Positions 37,791-53,656 of a stretch of DNA of 64,000 nt are shown here, in pieces. The stretch lies in NCBI RefSeq assembly GCF_009914755.1, contig NC_060935.1; one strand, 5' to 3'. A program made the translations under genes and the position numbers. This stretch comes from the human T2T-CHM13v2.0 reference genome, Homo sapiens. Numbering within the stretch: position 1 is the stretch's first letter; each line of letters opens with the position of its first letter. Below the pieces are notes generated by a model. It searched no databases, was not told the DNA's origin, and worked only from the letters and a program-made list of their open reading frames with translations.

Positions 37791-37979
37791 AGATGACAAC
37801 AAAAGGAGTAACCAACCTGCATGGAACAGCAAAAACAGACAAAACTCTGCAAATGCTGCACTGTCTGCAGAAGGTGGTCTGGAAGCACGAGATTGAAGGA
37901 AAAGCCTCCCAGAAGGCAGTATTTTGAGCGGTCAGTCTTGTTTTCCGCTGTATGTGGAAGGAATAATAACCATACTTAT

Positions 37980-38690
37980 GGATCTACACTGAAAATGGAC
38001 ACTGGCCAACAGGTTTAATAAGCTAATGAGGAAATTGGAAATTTAAAAATGGAAAAATGATGACAAAGTAGTTGGAAGAACCATATGTGGATGAATCTCT
38101 CAAAAGGAACACCAAATACTACAATGTTAGTTTACAACATAAATGCCCAACAAAAAGAATCTACTGCAGAAGAAGCTTCCAGGAATCTCATGAACATGAA
38201 CTGCATTTTGGATGTCAGTCAGCCTTTTTCTCAGTTACCTTTGTAGTCACTGTTGCAGAGATGAATACTCTACAAAGCCACAAGGTCTAAAATGCCATCA
38301 GCAATGTCCATCATTGACTCTTTAACATGGTACAAGTAGCTAGGGAAACCAGCCAACAACCTTGTGACAGCTTACTTCATTCCAACTCCTCAGTCTGGAG
38401 AGGACAGCATTTTTTCATCATATATTCTGGTTACATATTTTTCCTAGCACTTGCCTTATTTATTATTCACGGAGTAGAATCTGTTATCCATTGCCATGGT
38501 ATCTCATTCATTATCTATCCAGAAGAAAATTTTTAGTAAATAAATTTAAAACATATAACTCATCACAATAGAATTTACTGGTATAACCACAATTGTCATC
38601 ATCTAGAAGCTGAACAAATGAGACATTGGAATGGCCTCCTAAAAGATGAGTTACGGTGCCAGCTGGACAATCCTAACCTGAGAATGTGAA
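37980..38690 (+). mobile_element. Degenerate ERVL internal (pol/integrase) remnant
   Basis: ERVL-int-like phrases (gatgtcagtcagcc, atccattgccatggtat, ggaatggcctcctaaaag). No open frame. Confidence 0.5.
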
Positions 38691-38899
38691 ATGCTCATTT
38701 CCACATGTTTGACACACAATATGTGCTCAGTAAGTTTTAGTCATCACATACCTATGCCACATATATTCTGAGAAATTAACCCAATGCTAATAAACATTCC
38801 CCCATGCAGCCATCTATTTTGCCTTTTTTGTTCCGATATCCACAAGATGCCTTTACATACGTTCCTCCAATTCTTGTCAGTGCATATTTGATATTCACA

Positions 38900-39450
38900 A
38901 TTTGTTAGTCAAATGAAATATTTCCTTGTAGAACAAGGCAATATTTATCACTTGCACTCCAGTGACACCTAAATATTGATCTAGTTGCAAAAAGGGAATT
39001 TTCTGGGAAAGGACATGAGGCCTTTGGTGAGGTGGCTTTCTGCAACTTCTACAGATATTGAAAGGGCTAATATCTGAAAGTTGTCTGTGAACAGCGTGCC
39101 CAGCAACTGGAAATATATATCCTTCTTTCCTAAAGGAAGGGCAAGGAAGTACATCCTTTTATCTATCACAGCCTACCTATTATGTCACTTGAATCCATTT
39201 CTTCATATACACTTGAGAACAGCTTCTTTAAGATTCTCTTCCTGGGGGAAAATTAAAAGAGAAAGGTTAAGGGACAAATATTGTCTCTTGCCACCATGGC
39301 TGATCATAGAGTTGCAACTGCTATGTACCATCTTATTCCTTTATTGTCAATTCTATTTCTCCCACTTCACCTTTTACTAGCACCGCTACTGGTCTCATGA
39401 CTTACTTAAAGGTGTAGCTTAGACCTTCATCTCCAAAATATCTCATCCTG
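38900..39450 (-). mobile_element. LTR33-like LTR plus adjacent ERVL internal sequence, copy 1
   Basis: Reverse strand tgtgatagat...ccagttgctgggcacgctg...gaaagccacctcacc resembles the LTR33 start. Confidence 0.5.
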
Positions 39451-40724
39451 GTACACTATAATCATTCAGAACCTGATTCTTTTCTATTCTCACTTATTAT
39501 CACAATTAGACAGGGCATGGCAAGATGTGCCCCTGTCAGTCACCTGGAAGACAAAAATATCATTGCCTACCACCACTGTGTTATAACACCTCCATTCCAC
39601 ATCATAATCAGGTCAATTACCTTGGCTAACGTTGAAAAAAGAACCTTCTCTCAATGGCTACAGATAGCAATTCTTCTTGTGATAGGAGAGCCAGATGAAA
39701 TCCAATATGTGACACACAGGATACAGTGCAGTGAGCAAAGAAAAACACTCTTTCATTAAATAATTTCATCCTCTTACCATGAAGCTGGACATAAGATTGA
39801 ATTTTACACTTATGTTAGCCAATAAGTAAATATCCTTATATTTCAAGATAGTTTGAATTGAGTTTTCTATCATATGTAACAAAAACATCTTAAATGAAAC
39901 ATCCTCAATTTAAATATATATAGGAAACTGAAGTAATGTGTAAGTCCTATTATTTATTTACATATGTATATATTTGAAACAGTACTGCCTTTTTATCAAT
40001 ATAACGTTTTAATCTGTCTTATCTAGAATAGCACATTATTCTTTCAAAATTTAATTGCAATATCCATATCTTTATACTTCCAGATAAACATTTAGAATCA
40101 AAGAAATATCATGAATAGCTCAGTTTTATGCAGAAAAAAAGGCAAAATAAGTTTATCATTTTTCCCCACAGATATATACTTAGCATACAGCCATAATTTG
40201 GTGAAATAAAATTTATACACGAATATAATAAAAATAAATTCATTTTAATTTGATTAATTAATTCATTGATAGCATCATAATAGTTGATTCCCCAGAAGAA
40301 GCTTGGAGGACTATGGGAATGACAGTAAATAACACTAGTCTAGTGTAATTGATCTGTCTAGCCAAAATACAGAGTTTGGACTCATCAGGCAAGTTCCTTG
40401 GAACAACATCATTCATGACCATCAGAGACATTTTACAAACCTTACCAAATATACCATCTGTATATGGTAACACAAAAGAAATGACAATGACTCCAGGAGA
40501 TTTATAATGGGAAGTTACTCACACAATGCCATTGGAACCCAATAACCTTAAAGCCCAGTTGTCTACAGAACTGTGGAAGATTAGATGCTTGCAGATGTGT
40601 GGTGTCATTTCTGAGGCCCCTGTTCTGTTCCATTGGTCTATGTATCTGTTTTGATACCAGTACCATGCTGTTTTGGTTACTGTAGTTTTATAGTATAGTT
40701 TATGTTATTTAACATAACAAAATG

Positions 40725-41250
40725 AAATATTTTTTTTCTAGAAAAGTACCATATTTCTGACTTGCACTCTAATGATACCTGAACCTAAATGTTAACCTGG
40801 ACGCAAAGAGGGACTGCTCTGAGAAAGGGCATGAGACCTTTATTGAGGTGGCTTTCTGCAACTTCTAAAGATACCTAAGGGGACATCATCTGAATGCTGT
40901 CTACTAACAGCACACCCAACAGCTGGAAAAATAAATCCTTCTTTCCTAAATGAAGGGCAGGGCAGAGGCTCCTCATATATACCATAATATATCCCTTATG
41001 CCATGTGAATTTACATATTCTTATATATGATCAGAACAGCTCATTTAGGATTCTCTTACTTGAGGGGAATTAGAAGAGAAAAGCTGAAGGCCAAACTATG
41101 TATCTTGCCACTGAAGCTGATCTGAGTTGCAACTACTGTTTACAATCTTCCTCCTTATCAATTTTTTTCCACTTACCTCTGCTAGCATCTCTACTGATCT
41201 CATAACTTATTTAACGGGATAGGACAGATTTTCATCCTCAAAATGTTTAG
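40725..41250 (-). mobile_element. LTR33-like LTR plus ERVL internal sequence, copy 2
   Basis: Colinear diverged direct repeat of 38900-39450 (shared gaggtggctttctgcaacttcta, atccttctttcctaaa). Confidence 0.5.
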
Positions 41251-41558
41251 TTTAAAGTTCTTAAGGGACGCACTATTAAATTTTTCTGAAGTCTTTCAAA
41301 GATTTATCTTAAGAGTATTATCAGACTGCACATTGAGTTTCAACCCAAGTCAGAGAAAAGCGAATTTCAAAGATATTCGTGAATATGGTGCTTGTATATT
41401 CTACAAAGTATTTAAATAAATTACACTAAAGGTGGCACCGTAGTCTTCATTCTGAACAGGAACATCTATTTTAATCACATATTTCTCCAATTCTCCATTC
41501 TGCGCTGCACATGTGGAAGAAGACCACACTGGGAAGACCTTGTCTACATCGTTGTTAT

Positions 41559-42503
41559 CTACATGATAGGGGCACTCTTACTCTAATACAGTTAACTTTT
41601 TACACAAGAGTGTTTCTACAGAATTTCTCATCTCTGAATTTCTCAATGTGTATATTAAAGGATTCAACATGGGTGTGATAACTGTATAAAACACTGTCAG
41701 GAATTTATCAAAAGGATGTTTGAAACAGGTCTAACATACATGAAAATACAGGGAACAAAAAAGAGGGCAAAGACGATAATGTGGGAGCTGCAGGTAAACA
41801 GGACTTTATGCCTCCCTTCTTGACTGTAAGTTTTAAGGGAGTTTAGGATGACTCCATAGGAGATTAGTAGAAGGGTGAAGACGACTATACAGATTGTTCC
41901 ACCATTGACAAAAACAGTAAGGCCAATAAAGTAGGTGTCAGTGCATACCAGTTCCAATAATGGGTACATGTCACAGACAAAGTAGTCAATGACATTGGGG
42001 CCACAGAAAGCGAGACTGTATACAACAACAATTTGAAACACAGAATGCAGAAAACCTCCAGTCACGACCACCACCAACAGAAGGATTCAAACCTGTCGAT
42101 TCATGATGGTCAAATAGTGCAGTGGCTTACAGATGGCCACATAGTGATCACAGGCCATCACCACAAGAAGGAAGACCTCAGAACCACCAAACAAGTGGTA
42201 TATAAATAACTGGCCCATGCAAGCTGGGAAAGAAATAGTCTTTTTATCACAGAGTAAGTCTACAATCAATTTGGGAGAAATTGTAGTGGAATATGCAGCA
42301 TCTATAAATGACAGGCAGGCAAGGAAGAAGTACATTGGGGAGCCCAAGGAAGGGCTGGCAATAATAGTCACCACAATGAGCAGGTTCCCCACCACTGTCA
42401 CCAAGTATGTGAGTAAAAATATGACAAATAATGCTTTTTGCACATCCAGATCCTGAGAGAAGCCCAGGAGGACAAATTCTGTAATATTATTATTCTGTCT
42501 CAT
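41559..42503 (-). pseudogene. OR4A1P: Olfactory receptor OR4A (OR4A5-like) full-length pseudogene
   Basis: [18 protein letters not shown]...PMYFFL...[15 protein letters not shown]..., TGA at 42087-42089, later TCSSH, -1 frameshift near 41718, [12 protein letters not shown], ancestral TAG at 41559-41561. Upstream acceptor at 42555-42556. Locus name recalled from gene order. Confidence 0.9.
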
Positions 42504-44555
42504 TTACTTTTCTTTCAGGCTTGCATCAGAGGTGAGAGCTCAGGAGAACAGGACCTGTAATGAAATAGTCAACAGGAATATGATTACATCTATTGTGTCG
42601 CACAGCATGTCTTCATTGTTGTATCCTGAATAGTGATTTACACACAATAAACATTTAGTAAGTCTCTATTGAGTTCCTCACCCAAAGAGCCCGTCTTCCC
42701 TTGACGACTCTGTTTCTCCTCAAATATTTTAGTTTCAGCCAAAAGGTGAATGCTTCCACTTCTAAGTGTTAGTGAATAATCTATACAGAAGAACAGTTAA
42801 AGTCCAAATAACCATTCGTACATTTCACAACTTCTTATTTAAAACATTTTTCTTGGCACAGAAGTCAGCTATGCTGAATAGGCAACAGGTTCTTGGTCTC
42901 AAGAAACTTACTCTCTGGTGGTGGTAATAAACTCTAAATAAATATATTGAAATAGATTTAGTCCTTTGTGTTTGTACTTGTGGTATATTTATAATATGAT
43001 CTGTGTAGCACCAAAAATAACATCTTCTGAAATATATCACTCCGTACTCTGCCCTTCTACTATTAGACATTCATTCCTTCACACCCCAAAGGATATTTAA
43101 CCTTCATTAGTCTTTCATTAAATGTTAAAACACAGGACTCTGAACTGTAGGAATAGCTATGATATTATTTATCACATTGTTCCCTGTATCAATTACTTGG
43201 TCTGACTCCTGGTCCAACTTATAAGGAGCTGTGATTCTCTCCATTTTATCCTTGCCTGTACCCCAATTTTTTCAACACTTACATACAATATCTTAATTTT
43301 AATTAATCTGAACTCAAGTTAACTAACTCATGACTATCACCAACTACCAAATATGCCGTGGTTTTCTCATGAATTCTTGAGATAAGCTAGGTAGTGAGAG
43401 AAGAGAAAATAGACGATGTAGAAAGAGGTACAGAACAGTTGGACATGGTTTTATTCATAACACTATTTAGACACCAAGAGTACTCAAAAATAGAATCTTA
43501 GTTACCAGATTCCAAAAAGAAGCATACTCTAAGAGAAATTCCAAATTCTGTGTAAGAAGGCACGGATTTGAGTCATTTTTTGAACGCATTTACAAGTCTG
43601 TCTCAGTTTACTCACCGGAAAACAATGGGATTAAATTTGAGAAATTCAAAATCCTTTCTAGACAACTATCTACAGAACTAGTAGTGCATCTCTCCTTTAT
43701 GGTATTCTGCTGACAATTTTCTTTTTTTATAAGTATATAATTAAATAAAAATTTTCCAAGCTCATGACTGTTACATGAAAAATGGTAGTCTGTGGGACAA
43801 TAGGTTTTATTATTACAGTGAGTAGTGACTATAAGCTTCTCACTGAGTATGCACCTATTTAAGATCCAAGACACCCTCAAAGGGAAATTGTAGCATGTTG
43901 TGAATAATGTGGACACTGGAGTCACACTTCTTCAGCTACAACCTCATGTTCACCATTTTTATGAGACTTTGGGCCATTTACTAAAGCTCTCTGACCCTTA
44001 TTTTCATCATTTGTAGAATGGGGATCCCAATAGTCATTACCTCTTAATTGCTTAATTTTCAGCAATTAATTTTGAACTCAAGTGAACTACCTGTTGATTT
44101 ATAAAAGAAAGTAAAGTGCCTAGAACACTGGCTGGCATCTAGTAAGGACTCAATAAATTATAGTTATTATCAGTGTTCTTGAATGCTTCACTTTGAAGAT
44201 AGAACAAATCATGTGAATCTTTGTCAACTTGAAAAGATTTATAGAAATAGTTTTGGTTAAAAAGAATAAAACATTTATAATTCAGGAAAACCTTTTGGGG
44301 CACACAATAAAATTGTATGTCTTAGTAATTACATATTTAATTATGTATGAGTAGTGATTTTACCTGTAATTAAATATATCTTAATGAGAAGCAAGCAGAA
44401 TTCTAGTAAAAAAAAGTTGAACTGATCATCAGCAGGAGAGCTAAATGGTAGAAAATGAAAGAAAAAGGGGTCAAATCAGAAAAAAAGAGAGATTATAGTA
44501 AATACATTAATATTCACAGGAAATAAGATGATTAGTTTCATAATTAAGTGAGACA

Positions 44556-44725
44556 AATTAGCTGGGCATGGTGGTATACACCTGCTATCCCAGCTGCTCA
44601 AGAGGCTGAGGCATGAGAATCACTTGAACCCAGGAGGCAGAGGTTGCAGTGAGCCAGGATCATGCTACTGTCCTCCAGCTTGGGTGACCGAGTGAGACTA
44701 TCTCAAAAAAAAAAAAAAAAAAAAA
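44556..44725 (+). mobile_element. 5'-truncated Alu (right monomer) with TSD AAGTGAG
   Basis: aattagctgggcatggtgg...gagtgagactatctcaaaa; aagtgag on both sides. Confidence 0.88.
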
Positions 44726-47596
44726 GTGAGGCTAGTTTTCTGCTAAAAATCTTCTTTAGAAAAATTTATTTTCGTGAGGAAATACTGGAAGCACAACTTC
44801 CTGTGGGTCCCTGGGTGACTCAGGAGGCTTTGGGAATAGCATAACAAATAGACACAGACCAGATCCTAGTTAAAAAAAAAAAAAAGGAAAGAAAAGACAA
44901 TTTAAAAAGAAAAATAAAAACAACATAGATCTCTTAGTATCTCTAGATCTGACAGTTAAGGACAAACTTAAAGAAAAGAGAACAATGCGACAAGTAGAGA
45001 TACAAACCCAAACTTTGTGATATTCACTGCTGAGGAAAACTGCAGAATTACTAAACCTCAAATGTAGACAAGATGATTCCGTTTACGTAGATCTGACCAT
45101 GGAGGAGGATGTGTGCAGAGAGAGTTTGAGCTTCCTTAGAAGCCATTTGTGATAAACGTTCCACATGCCTCATTCACATTATCACTTCCAGCTGATTCTA
45201 GAGTTCTGTCATTGCTGAAGTTATAGACTAACAAAGGCACATCTGTTGAAGAACAAAAGGGTATAATAAAACTTATAGCCCAGTCTCTTTTTTTCACATC
45301 TTACTCGCTGCAAGATTTAGTTCCTTTTCTCTCTTTAATCATCAATGATAAATTTCACCAGGATAAATCTTCTCTTGGGCAGTTTAGATGTTTACTTGTA
45401 AAAACCAGGATATGTAAACTATCCTCTTTAGCTTAAGTCATCAAAGATTTAATACTTTAAAAACTGAAATATAATATTACAAGGCACTCAACATAAATAA
45501 GTTAACATTTTTCTAGACAAAAAAAAAACTTAACACAGCTTCCTAAGAACATGACTTTTTCAAATGATAAAATCCCATAGTAACAAAAATAATCCCTTAC
45601 AGATAAAATTTATAAAGCAATATGGTTTTGTAAATCTCTCTAAAGAAGAGTAGACTCAATACTTTCCTGAACTTGTATATGCTGAGATAATTTTTAGATT
45701 CACACATAAAAGACCATATCATGCTTCCAGAACATATTAGGCATTGATTTCTTTACACTCCAACACGATTGACATAGTCTGCAATTTTAAATTTTCTAAT
45801 CAAATATATCTAAAAATAATTCTATACCTATGTTAATGTATCACGTAATAAAATATTCTACATACTAGATTATAAATCTATTGGTTTACTTATTTTATGT
45901 GTAACATGGAACATGTTTCTCCTGTTACTTGGCAAATTAGAAAATAAACCCTTATAAGGCTATATATGAAAACCAAATATACTTGTATACTCTGATTAAT
46001 GTCAGTGTTTTGCTTGCTTAATTTTCCCAATTAAGATTCCTCCAATGAAAACGTGATATTTAAGACTTTAGCTATAGTTCAAAACATTACAGGAAGTTTC
46101 ACTGAGTATCCCTTGTCAATTGCTTCAAAAATTCACATCTTGGGTCTTGTCCTTGGTCCAGAAAAGCAATGCTTCTTTCACTGAGGGTTACTGAAGATAT
46201 CTCATGCATCTATTTGTGTTCTTAAAACACATGAAAAATGTATGGCGGGTCCATGGATCTAGAAATATCTCCTAGTGTGACAATTTCCATATTTCCACAC
46301 AGGCTTTCTATTATCTCAATCTTTCAGAAAAGTATAAAGGTATCCAGAGCAGATGTCCAAAATATAAAGACACTTAAACATAATGCCAGAATCTACTGTA
46401 CAAAGGTAGTTAAAATTTTACATCCCCTGGAAAATTTCTTCATAGAAAAACAGAGATAATTTCTTTGCATGACTATATAAATATTGACCTAATTAGTGGA
46501 AATTAACCTGGACACGCCCATTATCTGGTGACCCAAGTAAGCAAACAAAAAATTCGTCAACACCAAAATTTGTTTCTTGAATTTGTATCTTCTCTGTCAA
46601 TTATGGTGAAACAATCATTAATATTTTACTGTGATCAAGGATTTATAACATTCATGTGCCCAGCTGTTTAGCTCTATAGCTAACAAGGAAATGCTGGGAT
46701 TTAACTTTGTGAAAAAGTCAATGACAAAGCTTTCTTACGGGCAGAAGCAGAACTCTTCAGTCTTTCAGTCATTCAAATAGTATATCCCTAAGACCACTTC
46801 TTTTCTGATTAAAGGCATGTCTGTATATCTACCAAATCTCATTCCAGGAAATTGAGATCTTCTACAAATTTTTACAAACAAAGGTGGATGAAATAAAACA
46901 ACCCATCTAGAGGACTAGATACCAGTTGAAGACATACTGTAGCTTGGGCAGAAATTTTAATGTTTAACCTATCTATCTCATAGGTTATTCTATCAGGAAA
47001 AAAAGTCTTCCATTTATATGTGTAGACATAGTCTATGACTTTTACATCATCAATATTTTTAATTAAAAAGACCGTAAGGCTTTTATAGATGAATTAGAAT
47101 ATTTGGAACAAATTCAAATGAACACTTTTCTTCTGGAGAACAATCCCTAGGGGAAAAATACTTGGTTTTTGCCAAGGAAAAAGACTTGGCTTTTGTCAAG
47201 AAAGAGTCACTGAATTCCAAGTAATGTGAAAATCTTGCAATGTGAAAAAAGAAATTCTAAAGTAAATTGAACAATAAATTATGTTTTACATTATGAAATA
47301 CTGAGGTAAATCAAGTAATATTTAAGCCAGAATGACAAGGAAACCAGCCCCAGAATCTCTTACCTAATCACATCCTCAGCAAGGAGGACCTAACCTTGTT
47401 GATAGAAAGTCTGTGCCTAAGAAGCCTGAGGCTTACAGGCAGAGAGACTTAGAACTGAAGTTGAGATTCTAACACTTAGAAAGGCAGGTAATCAGAGCTG
47501 TACAGTTTTAGGTTGGAGTAGAAGTTTTTAATCAAACCTGAATCTCTGTCATATGCAACCATAGTGATCATTAGTCCATTAATTCAATCCTCTAAT

Positions 47597-48112
47597 GTAT
47601 CAGTCCATTTTTACACTGCTATAAACTGCCTGAGACTGGGTAATTTATAAAGGAAAGAGGTTTAATTGACTCACAATTCAGCATGACTTGGGGGGCCTCA
47701 GGAAACTTACCATCATGGCAGAAGGCAAAGGGAAAGCAAGGCACCATCCTCACAGGGTGGCAGGAAGGATAAGTGCTGAACAAAAGGAAAAGAGCCCCTT
47801 TATAAAACCATAAGATCTTGTGAGAACGTACTATCATGAGAACAGCATGGGGGAAACTGTCCCCATGATTCAATAACCTCCACCTTTTCTCTCCCTTGAC
47901 ATCTGAGGATTATGGGGATTACAATTCAAGATGAGATTTGGGTGGGGACACAAAGCCTAATCATATAATTCTACCCAGGGCCCCTCCCAAATCTCATGTC
48001 TCTTTCATATTTTAAAGAGACAGTTATGCCTTCCTAACAGTCCCTCGAAGTCTTAATTCATCCCGGCATTAGCCCAAACTCCAAGTCCAAAGTCTCATCT
48101 GAAACAAGGCAA
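47597..48112 (-). mobile_element. THE1 (THE1D-like) MaLR LTR 47597-47965 plus adjoining internal fragment
   Basis: ctgagactgggtaatttataaaggaaagaggtttaattgactcaca...gagatttgggtggggacaca, then ggcccctcccaaatctcatgtc internal sequence. Confidence 0.9.
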
Positions 48113-48164
48113 AAAAAATATACCTCAAAGCATTTAAAAAACTAACAAGGAACAAAGAAGGATA

Positions 48165-48260
48165 TGGTGGCATGTTTCTCTGTCCTAGCTACTTGGAAGG
48201 CTGAGGTGGGAGTATCACTTCAGCCTAAGAGTTTGAGTTTAGCATGGGCAATATAACAAG
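48165..48260 (+). mobile_element. FLAM/AluJ fragment
   Basis: ctagctacttggaaggctgaggtgggag...agcatgggcaatataacaag. Confidence 0.7.
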
Positions 48261-48641
48261 AGAGAAGAGAAGGAAAGGGAAAGGGGAAGGGAAGTGAAGG
48301 GGGAAGGGAAGGAGGAATTTAAGTCTTTAATCCATTTTAATTAGATTTTTTGTATTTGGAGAAAAATAGACATCTAGTTTCATTCTCCTACATATGGACA
48401 TCCAGTTTTCCCAGCATTATTTGTTGAAGAAACTGTCTTTTCCCCATCATATGTTCTTGGCACATTTGTTGAAAATGAGTTCACTGTAGGTGTGTGGAAG
48501 GGAAGGGGGAAGGGGGAAGGGGGAAGGGGAAGGAGGGGGGAAATAGAAGGGGGAAGGGAGGGGGAAGTGAGGAGGAAGGGAGGGGGAGGGGAGGGGAAAG
48601 GAAGGGAGAATGGAGGGGGAAGGGGGAAGGGGGAGGGGAGG
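48261..48641 (+). repeat. G-rich (GGGAA/GGGGAA)n purine tract split by an L1-derived insert
   Basis: Purine runs at 48261-48315 and 48499-48641 with multiple G3-G5 tracts (G-quadruplex pattern). Confidence 0.9.
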
Positions 48642-48717
48642 CTTAATCAACACCATTAACTAATTTGACCAATTTACATAAGAGAACAAGGGGCCCAAAA
48701 GCCGCAGAATATACATT

Positions 48718-52660
<3,943 letters not shown>

Positions 52661-52669
52661 ACCTTGAAT

Positions 52670-53100
52670 ACAAAAAAAAAATTGATAAATTCAGGTGCAT
52701 CAGAATAAAAACTTTGGCTCATAAAAACTGTTAATGATATGAAAAAGTGAGCCATACATTGTGGGTGTGCTTACAATACATATGTCTGAATAAGAACTTG
52801 TATCTAGAATGCATAAAGAAGTTTTACAAGTCAAGACAAGTCACATGATTTTTTTAATGTTCAACAGACCAGCCAAGAATTATATGTTCAACATATTTAG
52901 TCATCCAGGAAATGCAAATTAAAACCAATCCAATTGTTACTGAGGATGCGGAATAACCAGAACTCTCATACATCTCTTGTGGAAGTATATAATTTTACAA
53001 TTGTGTTGAAAAACTTTTTGACAGTTATAAAATTTAGTCTTCACCCTACCTCCTAACAAGCATATATCTATAATTCTACAACCCATGTGTCTTGGATAAA
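52670..53100 (+). mobile_element. Old L1ME fragment
   Basis: aattgataaatt...gaacttgtatctagaat...ggaaatgcaaattaaaacca. Boundaries approximate. Confidence 0.6.
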
Positions 53101-53109
53101 GACCTGTTA

Positions 53110-53500
53110 ATGGCCCAAAGCAAATCCCTGTATGGGCAGATATAAACACACATATGGTCCAATGCAGCTCAGTGTATGGCAAGATGTAGCCCCAAGTGTA
53201 GACAGACACAGAACTGGGTGATATCATATGCAAAACTTATATAAATGCAAACACAACTAATCAAATACTGATCTTTGTGTTTTCACATACAGACCTGTGT
53301 GTTCATATATAGACTTTGTGTTCAGTTAGATACAGACCCAGGTATCACTGGATACATACATATATATGGTCATACAGACATACATGCTGCTGGATACAGA
53401 TCCGAGTGCACAGTCAAATACAGACTCCTATACAATGATATTCAAACCTGTATATGGTCAGATACAAGCCTATGTGTGTCTGAATACAGACCTATGCCCG
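53110..53500. repeat. Degenerate ~22-bp minisatellite (core ATACAGAC)
   Basis: ATACAGA(C/T) recurs near 53288, 53330, 53372, 53393, 53419 and 53484, with TATGGTCA-like spacers. Confidence 0.55.
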
Positions 53501-53656
53501 TGGCTTTAAAGATTGTGCCAGGAAATGCCAGGAAAAGACACTGAGTCCTCTCTTGTCAGCTCATTGAAAATATTAATCAAATGTAAATAAGAGAATTCCC
53601 TTTTTAAATGAAAAAGTCAAAAGGTAAGGTATATATAGACTATGAAGATGTTTACA

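Noticed and set aside
41697-42503. Functional olfactory receptor
   Set aside because: Premature TGA after TM3, DRY changed to DHY, and a frameshift before TM7.
47359-47590. One-mismatch DUX4-like motifs (TTACCTAATCA, TAATTCAATCC) near the THE1 LTR
   Set aside because: Imperfect matches in AT-rich DNA outside the LTR, with no supporting promoter context.
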